A DNA stretch of 44,753 nt from a virus (lineage: Duplodnaviria > Heunggongvirae > Uroviricota > Caudoviricetes). The stretch's first letter is position 1. Each line of letters begins with the position of its first letter. Shown here one piece after another: positions 28,166 through 37,724 of the stretch. A model generated the notes under the pieces. It saw only the letters and a list, made by a program, of their open reading frames with translations, was not told where the DNA came from and ran no database searches. The stretch lies in the IMG/VR virus record IMGVR_UViG_2917860307_000001, positions 1-44,753 of that record, one strand, 5' to 3'. Both the position numbers and the translations under genes were made by a program.

Positions 28166-29798
28166 TTTGGGGATTGATGCGGCAGAGTTTAAAAATGAAA
28201 TCCCCCGTATCAAAAACCTTCTGAATGGTGCAGCCAGCGATGCAGAACGGTCTTCTGCCCGTATGCAGCGTTTTATGGAGCGTCAGACTCAGGCCGCCCG
28301 GCAGACAACGCAGGCGGCGTCTTCGGCTGCAACAGCCGCATCCGTCCATGCGCAGACGGTGGAGAAGAACGCACAGGCTCATGAACGCATGGCCCGCGAG
28401 GTGGAGAAAACCCGCCAGCGCATGGAGGCGCTGAGCCAGAAAATGCGCGAGGAACAGGCGCAGGCCATGGCTCTGGCGGAGGCTCAGGATAAAGCGGCTG
28501 CTGCGTTTTATCGTCAGATTGACAGTGTGAAACAGGCCAGTGCGGGGCTGCAGGAATTACAGCGTATTCAGCAGCAGATCCGACAGGCCAGAAACAGTGG
28601 CGGGATTGGTCAGCAGGATTATCTGGCGCTGATTTCTGAGGTTACGGCGAAAACCCGTGTTCTTACACAGGCTGAGGAAGAGGCTACCCGACAGAAAGTG
28701 GCGTTTATCCGTCAGCTTAAAGAGCAGGCAACCCGCCAGAATCTTTCTTCTTCTGAGTTGCTTCGTGCTAAGGCTGCCCAGCTGGGGGTAAGCAGTGCTG
28801 CAGAAGTGTATATCCGCAAAATGGAGCAGGCAGGAAAAGCCACGCATTCGCTGGGGCTGAAAAGTGCAGCGGCCCGTCAGGAGATAGGCGTTCTGATAGG
28901 TGAACTGGCCCGCGGAAATTTAGGTGCGCTGAGGGGATCCGGAATAACGCTGGCTAACCGTGCCGGGTGGATAGACACATTGATGTCACCGAAAGGCATG
29001 ATGCTTGGCGGGGTTATTGGCGGTATTGCCGCGGCTGTCTATGGTCTGGGTAAAGCCTGGTATGACGGTCAGAAGGAGGGGGAAGAATTTAACCGCCAGC
29101 TGTCGCTGACGGGGCATTATGCCGGAGTCACTGCCGGGCAGCTGTGGACGCTCAGTCGTGCTATTTCCGGGAATGGTATCACGCAACATGCTGCAGCCGG
29201 TGCGCTGGCTCAGGTGGTGGGGAGTGGTGCATTTCGTGGAAACGATATCGGTATGGTGGCGAGAGCTGCCGCACAGATGGAGCGATCGGTTGGCCAGTCG
29301 GTCAGCGATACCATAAGTCAGTTTAAGCGGCTGAAGGATGATCCTGTAAATGCCGCGAAGGCTCTGGACAATGAGCTGCATTTTCTTACTGCCACTCAGC
29401 TTGAGCAGATACGCGTCCTTGGGGAACAGGGGCGGTCCAGTGATGCGGCACGGATAGCCATGTCTGCACTGGCAGAGGAAACCGGTCGGCGTACTGCGGA
29501 TATTGATAATAACCTCAATGCGCTGGGCAGTACGCTGAAGTATCTGTCTGATTTATGGAGTCGTTTCTGGGATGCGGCCATGAATATTGGTCGTGAAGAC
29601 TCGCTGGATGAACAGATTTCCGCTTTACAGGAGAAAGTGTCGCGGGCGAAAAGACTCCCCTGGACGGCATCATCTTCTCAGGTTGAGTACGATCAGCAGC
29701 GTCTTAACGAGCTTCAGGAGAAAAAAACGCCAGAAGGATTTGCAGGATGCAAAAGAGCAGGCAGAGCGGAATTATCAGGAGCAACAGAAACGCCGTAA
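28137..29798 (+). CDS. Tail tape measure protein gpH-like, N-terminal part (reading frame interrupted near 29721-29810)
   Basis: Start MDQIANLVIDLG (GGAGGTG RBS) parallels lambda gpH N-terminus; ORF ends 29798 in what should be mid-protein. Confidence 0.75.
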   Translation: MDQIANLVIDLGIDAAEFKNEIPRIKNLLNGAASDAERSSARMQRFMERQTQAARQTTQAASSAATAASVHAQTVEKNAQAHERMAREVEKTRQRMEALSQKMREEQAQAMALAEAQDKAAAAFYRQIDSVKQASAGLQELQRIQQQIRQARNSGGIGQQDYLALISEVTAKTRVLTQAEEEATRQKVAFIRQLKEQATRQNLSSSELLRAKAAQLGVSSAAEVYIRKMEQAGKATHSLGLKSAAARQEIGVLIGELARGNLGALRGSGITLANRAGWIDTLMSPKGMMLGGVIGGIAAAVYGLGKAWYDGQKEGEEFNRQLSLTGHYAGVTAGQLWTLSRAISGNGITQHAAAGALAQVVGSGAFRGNDIGMVARAAAQMERSVGQSVSDTISQFKRLKDDPVNAAKALDNELHFLTATQLEQIRVLGEQGRSSDAARIAMSALAEETGRRTADIDNNLNALGSTLKYLSDLWSRFWDAAMNIGREDSLDEQISALQEKVSRAKRLPWTASSSQVEYDQQRLNELQEKKTPEGFAGCKRAGRAELSGATETP

Positions 29799-31204
29799 TG
29801 CTGAAAATGCATGCACTGAACCGGATGAATGAAACGGAAGCAGCACGACATCAGCGTGAAATTGCGCGTATTAATGCCATGCAGTACGCCGATCAGGCTG
29901 TCAGGGATGCGGCGATACAACGTGAAAATGAACGTTACGAGAAAGCCCTGGCATCCGGTAAGAAAAAAACACGCGAAACCCGTAATGATGAGGCCACCCG
30001 GTTATTGCTGCAGTACAGTCAGCAACAGGCACAGGTGGAAGGACAGATTGCTGCTGCCAGACAGTCAGCAGGCATTGCCACGGAAAGGATGACAGAAGCG
30101 CATAAACAGCTTCTGGCTCTGCAGCAGCGCATCAGCGACCTGGACGGGAAAAAACTGACGGCAGATGAAAAGAGTGTGCTGGCCCGTAAAGATGAACTGA
30201 TTCAGGCACTGACGCTGCTGGATGTAAAACAGCAGGAGCTTCAGAAACAGACGGCACTCAACGAGCTGAAGAAAAAAACAATTCAGCTGACCAGTCAACT
30301 GACTGAAGAAGAGCGCGCTCAGCGTCAGCAACATGACCTGGATATCGCCACGGTGGGTATGGGTGATCAGCAGCGGCAGCGATATCAGGTACAACTGAGT
30401 CTTCGCCAGAAATACCAGCAACAGCTGGAGCAGTTGAGGCGGGATAGTGAGCAGAAAGGGACATATAACACGGATGACTACAGAAAGGCCGAGCAGGCGC
30501 TGACGGAGAGCCTGAACCGACAACTGAATGAGAATCGCCGTTACTGGCAACAGCTTGAAGTTGTGCAGGGTAACTGGAAAAACGGAGTCCTGCGTGCATT
30601 TCAGGATTTTACCGTGGATGCAGATAATACGGCAGGAACAGCAGAACAGGTGTTCTCGTCAGCCTTCAGCAACATGGGAAATGGCCTGGCAACTTTTGTC
30701 ACTACCGGCAAACTCAATTTCAAATCCTTCACCTCTTCTGTGCTGTCAGATATGGCGAAAATCCTGGCGCAGGCAACCATGATGAAATCGATAAAAGGGA
30801 TTGGCAGTGTACTGGGATTTGATCTCAGCAGCCTTTCCCTGAATGCCAATGGGGGGATTTATCAGTCTGCTGATTTGAGTCGCTACAGTGGCACGGTGGT
30901 TAACCGTCCGACGTTTTTTGCTTTTGCAAAAGGCGCGGGTGTGATGGGGGAAGCTGGACCTGAAGCCATTCTGCCACTGCGTCGTGGTGCTGACGGTAAG
31001 CTGGGGGTTGTGGCGGATATTGGTGGTTCAGGTATGGCGATGTTTGCCCCGCAGTACAACATCGAGATCAATAACGATGGCACGAACGGGCAGATAGGTC
31101 CGGCTGCCCTGAAGGTGGTTTATGACCTTGGGAAAAAAGCGGCAGCGGACTTTATGCAACAGCAGGCCCGTGATGGTGGTCGGTTAAGTGGAGCATATCG
31201 GTAA
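29747..31204 (+). CDS. Tail tape measure protein gpH-like, C-terminal part
   Basis: Coiled-coil-rich sequence ending ...EINNDGTNGQIGPAALKVVYDLGKKAAADFMQQQARDGGRLSGAYR, matching the lambda gpH C-terminus. Confidence 0.75.
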   Translation: MQKSRQSGIIRSNRNAVMLKMHALNRMNETEAARHQREIARINAMQYADQAVRDAAIQRENERYEKALASGKKKTRETRNDEATRLLLQYSQQQAQVEGQIAAARQSAGIATERMTEAHKQLLALQQRISDLDGKKLTADEKSVLARKDELIQALTLLDVKQQELQKQTALNELKKKTIQLTSQLTEEERAQRQQHDLDIATVGMGDQQRQRYQVQLSLRQKYQQQLEQLRRDSEQKGTYNTDDYRKAEQALTESLNRQLNENRRYWQQLEVVQGNWKNGVLRAFQDFTVDADNTAGTAEQVFSSAFSNMGNGLATFVTTGKLNFKSFTSSVLSDMAKILAQATMMKSIKGIGSVLGFDLSSLSLNANGGIYQSADLSRYSGTVVNRPTFFAFAKGAGVMGEAGPEAILPLRRGADGKLGVVADIGGSGMAMFAPQYNIEINNDGTNGQIGPAALKVVYDLGKKAAADFMQQQARDGGRLSGAYR

Positions 31205-31533
31205 TGGAGACGTTTCACTGGAAAGTGCGCCCGGATATGAATGTGGTATCAGAGCCGAAAGTGGTGACAGTGAAGCTGGGCGATGGTTATGAACAGCGTC
31301 GTGCGGCGGGACTGAATAACCAGTTGTCGACTTACAGCGTGACGATACGTGTTCGTAAATGTGAACACCCATCTTTAAAAGCCTTTCTGGAACGGCACGG
31401 TGGCGTCCGCGCATTTCAGTGGACGCCACCTTATGACTGGAAGCCGATCAGGGTGGTTTGTCGTAAATGGTCGGCAAGCGTGGGGGCGTTGTGGGTAACC
31501 ATAACGGCAGATTTTGAACAGGTCGTGGCATAG
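31204..31533 (+). CDS. Minor tail protein M
   Basis: 109 aa, strong similarity to lambda gpM. Confidence 0.9.
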   Translation: METFHWKVRPDMNVVSEPKVVTVKLGDGYEQRRAAGLNNQLSTYSVTIRVRKCEHPSLKAFLERHGGVRAFQWTPPYDWKPIRVVCRKWSASVGALWVTITADFEQVVA

Positions 31534-31542
31534 GAGGCTCTG

Positions 31543-32241
31543 ATGCAGGATATTCCACAGGAAACACATCATGAGACGACACGCCTCACTCAGTCAGCCC
31601 AGGTGGTGCTCTGGGAAATCGATCTGACAGAGGTCGGTGGTGAACGTTATTTTTTCTGTAATGAGCAGAACGAAAAAGGTGAGCCGGTTACCTGGCAGGG
31701 GCGGCAGTATCAGGCATACCCCATTCAGGGGACGGGATTTGAACTGAACGGCAAGGGCAGTGCTGCCCGTCCGACACTGACGGTTTCTAACCTGCACGGA
31801 ATGGTCACCGGGATGGCGGAAGACCTGCAGAGTCTGGTCGGCGGAACGGTGGTCAGGCGTAAGGTTTACGCCCGTTTTCTGGATGCGGTGAACTTCGTCA
31901 ACGGAAACAGTGACGCCGATCCGGAGCAGGAGGTGATCAGCCGCTGGCGCATCGAGCAGTGCAGCGAACTGAGCGCGGTCAGTGCCTCTTTTGTACTGTC
32001 CACGCCGACGGAAACGGACGGTGCTGTTTTTCCGGGGCGCATCATGCTGGCTAATACCTGCACCTGGACCTATCGCGGTGATGAGTGCGGTTATCACGGT
32101 CCGGCTGTCGCTGATGAATATGACCAGCCGACGTCCGATATCACGAAGGATAAATGCAGCAAATGCCTGAGTGGTTGTAAGTTTCGCAATAACGTCGGCA
32201 ACTTTGGCGGCTTCCTTTCCATTAACAAACTTTCGCAGTAA
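31543..32241 (+). CDS. Minor tail protein L
   Basis: 232 aa, near-identical to lambda gpL as recalled. Confidence 0.9.
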   Translation: MQDIPQETHHETTRLTQSAQVVLWEIDLTEVGGERYFFCNEQNEKGEPVTWQGRQYQAYPIQGTGFELNGKGSAARPTLTVSNLHGMVTGMAEDLQSLVGGTVVRRKVYARFLDAVNFVNGNSDADPEQEVISRWRIEQCSELSAVSASFVLSTPTETDGAVFPGRIMLANTCTWTYRGDECGYHGPAVADEYDQPTSDITKDKCSKCLSGCKFRNNVGNFGGFLSINKLSQ

Positions 32242-32245
32242 TCCC

Positions 32246-32989
32246 ATGACACAGACAGAATCAGCGATTCTGGCGCACGCCCGGCGATGTGCGCCAGCGG
32301 AGTCGTGCGGCTTCGTGGTGAGAACGCCGGAGGGGGAAAGATATTTTCCCTGCGTGAATATCTCCGGTGAGCCGGAGGCGTATTTCCGGATGTCGCCGGA
32401 GGACTGGCTGCGGGCAGAGATGCAGGGTGAGATTGTGGCGCTGGTCCACAGCCACCCCGGTGGTCTGCCCTGGCTGAGTGAGGCTGACAGGCGGCTGCAG
32501 GTGCAGAGCGATTTGCCTTGGTGGCTGGTCTGCCGGGGTGAGATTCATAAATTCCGCTGTGTGCCGCATCTGACCGGGCGGCGCTTTGAGCACGGGGTGA
32601 CGGACTGTTACACGCTGTTCCGGGATGCTTATCATCTGGCGGGGATTGAGATGCCGGATTTTCATCGCGGGGATGACTGGTGGCGTCACGGTCAGAATCT
32701 CTATCTGGATAATCTGGAGGCCACAGGGCTGTATCAGGTGCCGTTGTCAGCGGCGCAGCCGGGCGATGTGCTGCTGTGCTGTTTTGGTTCATCGGTGCCG
32801 AATCATGCCGCCATTTACTGTGGTGACGGCGAGCTGCTGCACCATATTCCTGAACAACTGAGCAAACGAGAGAGGTATACCGACAAATGGCAGCGACGCA
32901 CACACTCCCTCTGGCGTCACCGGGCATGGCACGCATCTGCCTTTACGGGGATTTGCAACGATTTGGCCGCCGCATCGACCTTCGTGTGA
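32246..32989 (+). CDS. Tail assembly protein K (NlpC/P60 and MPN-like)
   Basis: Start MTQTESAILAHARRCAP; lambda gpK-like. Confidence 0.85.
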   Translation: MTQTESAILAHARRCAPAESCGFVVRTPEGERYFPCVNISGEPEAYFRMSPEDWLRAEMQGEIVALVHSHPGGLPWLSEADRRLQVQSDLPWWLVCRGEIHKFRCVPHLTGRRFEHGVTDCYTLFRDAYHLAGIEMPDFHRGDDWWRHGQNLYLDNLEATGLYQVPLSAAQPGDVLLCCFGSSVPNHAAIYCGDGELLHHIPEQLSKRERYTDKWQRRTHSLWRHRAWHASAFTGICNDLAAASTFV

Positions 32990-33534
32990 AAACGGGGGCC
33001 GAAGCCATCCGGGCGCTGGCCACACAGCTCCCGGCGTTTCGTCAGAAACTGAATGACGGCTGGTATCAGGTGCGCATTGCCGGGCGTGATGCAGGTGAAA
33101 CCGAATTATCTGCCCGTCTTAATGAGCCGCTGGCAAATGGTGCCGTGATCCATATCGTGCCGCGTCTGGCGGGAGCTAAAAGTGGCGGTGTATTTCAGGT
33201 GGTGCTGGGGGCGGCGTTGATTGCGGTGGCATGGTGGAACCCTGTGGGCTGGCTGGGTGCCGCGGCTGTATCGGGCATGTATGCGGCAGGGGCCAGTATG
33301 ATCCTGGGCGGTGTGGCGCAGATGCTGGCACCGAAAGCCAGGACGTCCACGGCAGCCAGTACAGATAACGGCAAACAGAACACCTATTTCTCCTCACTGG
33401 ATAACATGGTTGCTCAGGGCAATGTTTTGCCTGTTCTGTACGGTGAAATGCGTGTGGGGTCGCGGGTGGTTTCTCAGGAGATCAGCACGGCAGACGAAGG
33501 GGACGGTGGTCAGGTTGTGGTGATTGGTCGCTGA
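32887..33534 (+). CDS. Tail assembly protein I
   Basis: 215 aa; N- and C-termini match lambda gpI as recalled; overlaps K as in lambda. Confidence 0.85.
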   Translation: MAATHTLPLASPGMARICLYGDLQRFGRRIDLRVKTGAEAIRALATQLPAFRQKLNDGWYQVRIAGRDAGETELSARLNEPLANGAVIHIVPRLAGAKSGGVFQVVLGAALIAVAWWNPVGWLGAAAVSGMYAAGASMILGGVAQMLAPKARTSTAASTDNGKQNTYFSSLDNMVAQGNVLPVLYGEMRVGSRVVSQEISTADEGDGGQVVVIGR

Positions 33535-33594
33535 TGCAAAATGTTTTATGTGAAACCGCCTCCGGGCGGTTTTGTCGTTTATGGAGCATGACGA

Positions 33595-36500
33595 ATGGGT
33601 AAAGGCAGCAGTAAGGGGCATACCCCGCGAGAAGCGAAGGACAACCTGAAATCCACGCAGTTGCTGAGTGTGATTGATGCCATCAGTGAAGGGCCGATTG
33701 AAGGTCCGGTGGATGGATTAAAAAGCGTGCTGCTGAACAGTACGCCGGTGCTGGACACTGAGGGGAATACCAACATCTCCGGTGTCACAGTGGTGTTCCG
33801 GGCAGGTGAGCAGGAGCAGACTCCGCCGGAGGGATTTGAATCCTCCGGCTCCGAGACGGTGCTGGGTACGGAAGTGAAATATGACACGCCGATCACCCGG
33901 ACCATCACGTCTGCAAATATCGACCGTCTGCGCTTTACCTTCGGTGTGCAGGCACTGGTGGAAACCACCTCAAAGGGGGACAGGAATCCGTCGGAAGTCC
34001 GCCTGCTGGTTCAGATACAACGTAACGGTGGCTGGGTGACGGAAAAAGACATCACCATTAAGGGCAAAACCACCTCGCAGTATCTGGCCTCGGTGGTGGT
34101 GGATAACCTGCCGCCGCGACCGTTCAATATCCGGATGCGCAGGATGACACCGGACAGCACAACAGACCAGCTGCAGAACAAAACGCTCTGGTCGTCATAC
34201 ACCGAAATCATCGATGTGAAACAGTGCTACCCGAACACGGCACTGGTCGGCGTGCAGGTGGATTCGGAGCAGTTCGGCAGCCAGCAGGTGAGCCGTAATT
34301 ATCATCTTCGCGGGCGCATTCTGCAGGTGCCGTCGAACTATAACCCGCAGACGCGGCAATACAGCGGTATCTGGGACGGGACGTTTAAACCGGCATACAG
34401 CAACAACATGGCCTGGTGTCTGTGGGATATGCTGACCCATCCGCGCTACGGCATGGGGAAGCGTCTCGGTGCGGCGGATGTGGACAAATGGGCGCTGTAT
34501 GTCATCGGCCAGAATTGCGACCAGTCGGTGCCGGATGGCTTTGGTGGCACGGAGCCGCGCATCACCTGTAATGCCTACCTGACCACACAGCGTAAGGCGT
34601 GGGATGTTCTCAGTGATTTCTGCTCGGCGATGCGCTGTATGCCGGTATGGAACGGGCAGACGCTGACGTTCGTGCAGGACCGACCGTCGGATAAGGTGTG
34701 GACCTATAACCGCAGTAATGTGGTGATGCCGGATGATGGCGCGCCGTTCCGCTACAGCTTCAGCGCCCTGAAGGACCGCCATAATGCCGTTGAGGTGAAC
34801 TGGATTGACCCGAATAACGGCTGGGAGACGGCGACAGAGCTTGTTGAAGATACGCAGGCCATTCTCCGTTACGGTCGTAACGTCACGAAGATGGATGCCT
34901 TTGGCTGTACCAGCCGGGGGCAGGCACACCGCGCCGGGCTGTGGCTGATTAAAACGGAGCTGCTGGAAACGCAGACCGTGGACTTCAGCGTGGGTGCAGA
35001 AGGGCTTCGCCATGTACCGGGCGATGTCATTGAAATCTGTGATGATGACTATGCGGGTATCAGCATCGGCGGGCGCGTGCTGGCGGTGAACAGCCAGACG
35101 CGGACACTGACGCTCGACCGTGAAATCACGCTGCCATCCTCCGGCACCACGCTGATAAGCCTGGTTGACGGACAGGGGAATCCGGTCAGCGTGGAGGTCC
35201 AGTCCGTCACCGACGGCGTGAAGGTGAAAGTGAGACGGGTTCCTGACGGCGTTGCAGAATACAGCGTGTGGGGGCTGAAGCTGCCGACGCTGCGCCAGCG
35301 CCTGTTCCGCTGCGTGAGTATCCGTGAGAACGATGACGGTACGTATGCCATCACCGCCGTGCAGCATGTGCCGGAGAAAGAAGCCATCGTGGATAACGGG
35401 GCGCACTTTGACGGCGACCAGAGCGGCACGGTGAATGGTGTCACTCCGCCAGCAGTGCAACACCTGACCGCAGAAGTCACCGCAGACAGCGGGGAATACC
35501 AGGTGCTGGCGCGCTGGGATACGCCGAAGGTGGTGAAGGGCGTGAGCTTTATGCTTCGCCTGACCGTGGCAGCGGATGACGGCAGTGAGCGGCTGGTCAG
35601 CACGGCCCGGACGACGGAAACCACATACCGCTTCAGGCAGCTGGCTCTGGGAAATTACAGTCTGACAGTCCGGGCGGTAAATGCGTGGGGGCAGCAGGGC
35701 GATCCGGCGTCGGTATCGTTCCGGATTGCCGCACCGGCAGCGCCATCGCGGATTGAGCTGACGCCGGGTTATTTTCAGATAACCGCCACGCCGCATCTTG
35801 CGGTTTATGATCCGACTGTACAGTTTGAGTTCTGGTTCTCGGAAAAGCGGATTGCGGATATCAGGCAGGTTGAAACCACAGCCCGCTATCTTGGCACGGC
35901 GCTGTACTGGATAGCCGCCAGTATCAATATCAAACCGGGCCATGATTATTATTTTTACGTTCGCAGTGTGAACACCGTCGGCAAATCGACATTCGTGGAG
36001 GCTGTCGGTCGGGCGAGCGATGATGCGGAAGGTTACCTGGATTTTTTCAAAGGCCAGATAACCGAATCCCATCTCGGCAAGGAGCTGCTGGAAAAAGTCG
36101 AGCTGACGGAGGATAACGCCAGCAAACTGGAGGAGTTTTCGAAAGAGTGGAAGGACGCCAACGATAAATGGAATGCCATGTGGGGCGTCAAAATTGAGCA
36201 GACCGAAGACGGCAGGCATTATGTCGCGGGGCTTGGCCTTAGTATGGAGGATACGGAGGAAGGCAAACTGAGCCAGTTCCTGGTTGCCGCTAACCGTATC
36301 GCGTTTATTGACCCGGCAAACGGGAATGAAACGCCGATGTTTGTGGCGCAGGGCAACCAGATATTCATGAACGAAGTGTTCCTGAAGTATCTGACGGCTC
36401 CCACCATTACCAGTGGCGGCAATCCGCCGGTATTTTCCCTGACACCGGACGGGCGGCTGACGGCGAAAAATGCCGATATCAGCGGTAACGTGAATGCGAA

Positions 36501-36993
36501 CTCCGGGACGCTCAATAATGTCACGATTAACCAGAACTGTCGGATTCTGGGAAAACTGTCTGCCAACCAGATTGAAGGTGATATTGTCAAAACGGTGGGA
36601 AAAGCCTTTCCGAGAAATGGCAGTTATGCCAGCGGTACAATAACGGTCACTGTGTACGATGACCAGGCTTTTGACCGTCAGATAGTAATCCCACCCGTTC
36701 TGTTTCGCGGTGGTAAGCATGAAAACTTCAACAGCAACAACCAACAGTCATACTGGTATTCAACCTGTAAGCTGCAGGTGCTGAAGAACGGACAGGAAAT
36801 CTTTCAGCAACCCGCGACGGATGTCAGCAGGGTATTTTCATCCGTCATTGATATGCCTGCCGGACACGGTCATGTCACCCTGACTTTCAATGTTTCTTCA
36901 TATGGTGCTAATAACTGGACGCCAACGACCAGTATCAGCGACCTTCTTGTTGTCGTGATGAAGAAATCAACAGCCGGTATCAGTATCAGTTGA
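33595..36993 (+). CDS. Tail tip / host specificity protein J
   Basis: 1132 aa, same length as lambda gpJ with strong similarity over the N-terminal and central regions. Confidence 0.9.
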   Translation: MGKGSSKGHTPREAKDNLKSTQLLSVIDAISEGPIEGPVDGLKSVLLNSTPVLDTEGNTNISGVTVVFRAGEQEQTPPEGFESSGSETVLGTEVKYDTPITRTITSANIDRLRFTFGVQALVETTSKGDRNPSEVRLLVQIQRNGGWVTEKDITIKGKTTSQYLASVVVDNLPPRPFNIRMRRMTPDSTTDQLQNKTLWSSYTEIIDVKQCYPNTALVGVQVDSEQFGSQQVSRNYHLRGRILQVPSNYNPQTRQYSGIWDGTFKPAYSNNMAWCLWDMLTHPRYGMGKRLGAADVDKWALYVIGQNCDQSVPDGFGGTEPRITCNAYLTTQRKAWDVLSDFCSAMRCMPVWNGQTLTFVQDRPSDKVWTYNRSNVVMPDDGAPFRYSFSALKDRHNAVEVNWIDPNNGWETATELVEDTQAILRYGRNVTKMDAFGCTSRGQAHRAGLWLIKTELLETQTVDFSVGAEGLRHVPGDVIEICDDDYAGISIGGRVLAVNSQTRTLTLDREITLPSSGTTLISLVDGQGNPVSVEVQSVTDGVKVKVRRVPDGVAEYSVWGLKLPTLRQRLFRCVSIRENDDGTYAITAVQHVPEKEAIVDNGAHFDGDQSGTVNGVTPPAVQHLTAEVTADSGEYQVLARWDTPKVVKGVSFMLRLTVAADDGSERLVSTARTTETTYRFRQLALGNYSLTVRAVNAWGQQGDPASVSFRIAAPAAPSRIELTPGYFQITATPHLAVYDPTVQFEFWFSEKRIADIRQVETTARYLGTALYWIAASINIKPGHDYYFYVRSVNTVGKSTFVEAVGRASDDAEGYLDFFKGQITESHLGKELLEKVELTEDNASKLEEFSKEWKDANDKWNAMWGVKIEQTEDGRHYVAGLGLSMEDTEEGKLSQFLVAANRIAFIDPANGNETPMFVAQGNQIFMNEVFLKYLTAPTITSGGNPPVFSLTPDGRLTAKNADISGNVNANSGTLNNVTINQNCRILGKLSANQIEGDIVKTVGKAFPRNGSYASGTITVTVYDDQAFDRQIVIPPVLFRGGKHENFNSNNQQSYWYSTCKLQVLKNGQEIFQQPATDVSRVFSSVIDMPAGHGHVTLTFNVSSYGANNWTPTTSISDLLVVVMKKSTAGISIS

Positions 36994-37011
36994 ATTTTAT
37001 AACCCCAATAC

Positions 37012-37037
37012 GGGCGCCAGAAATGGCGCCTTTTTTA
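37012..37037 (+). terminator. Rho-independent terminator after J
   Basis: GGCGCC-AGAAAT-GGCGCC followed by T6. Confidence 0.55.
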
Positions 37038-37060
37038 TTGCAGAAAAGCGAGAGGTAATT

Positions 37061-37660
37061 ATGCGTAAATTATGTGCTGTTATTCTGTCTGCAGTAGTCT
37101 GGCTGGTCGCCGCTGGTACGCCAGCGAGTGCAGCAGAGCATCAGTCCACACTAAGCGGCGGGTATCTTCAGTCCCATACTGATATGCCCGGCAACGATGA
37201 CCTGAAGGGCATTAACGTGAAATACCGTTATGAATTTACGGACACGCTGGGGCTGGTGACGTCATTCAGCTATGCAGGAGACAAGAATCGCCAGCTTACC
37301 CGTTACAGCGATACCCACTGGCATGAAGATTCCATTCGTAACCGCTGGTTCAGCGTGATGGCGGGGCCGTCTGTGCGCGTGAATGAATGGTTCAGCGCGT
37401 ATGCGATCGCGGGTGTGGCTTACAGCCGTGTGTCGACTTTTTCCGGGGATTATCTTCAGGTGACCGACAACAAGGGGGATACGCACGATGTGCTGACCGG
37501 AAGTGATGACGGTCGCCACAGCAACACGTCTCTGGCGTGGGGGGCTGGCGTGCAGTTTAACCCGACCGAATTCGTGGCCATTGATATTGCTTATGAAGGT
37601 TCCGGCAGTGGCGACTGGCGCACTGACGGTTTCATCGTGGGTGTCGGTTATAAATTCTGA
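37061..37660 (+). CDS. lom: Outer membrane protein Lom (Ail/Lom family)
   Basis: 199 aa with signal peptide; beta-barrel OMP pattern ending GVGYKF; position after J as in lambda. Confidence 0.8.
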   Translation: MRKLCAVILSAVVWLVAAGTPASAAEHQSTLSGGYLQSHTDMPGNDDLKGINVKYRYEFTDTLGLVTSFSYAGDKNRQLTRYSDTHWHEDSIRNRWFSVMAGPSVRVNEWFSAYAIAGVAYSRVSTFSGDYLQVTDNKGDTHDVLTGSDDGRHSNTSLAWGAGVQFNPTEFVAIDIAYEGSGSGDWRTDGFIVGVGYKF

Positions 37661-37685
37661 TTAGCCAGGTAACACAGTGTTATGA

Positions 37686-37713
37686 CAGCCCGCCGGTTCA
37701 GGCGGGCTTTTTT
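37686..37713 (+). terminator. Rho-independent terminator after lom
   Basis: AGCCCGCC-GGTTCA-GGCGGGCT followed by T6. Confidence 0.55.
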
Positions 37714-37724
37714 GTGGAGTGGAT

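Noticed and set aside
31594-32936. Minus-strand ORFs of 217 and 280 aa
   Set aside because: Antisense to the well-supported gpL and gpK genes; Arg/Pro/Ala-rich composition typical of antisense frames
34195-36744. 849-aa ORF on the minus strand
   Set aside because: Lies entirely antisense to the lambda-J-like gene, has a junk-like Arg/His/Pro-rich translation and no RBS context; a stop-free antisense frame arising from codon bias in the J gene
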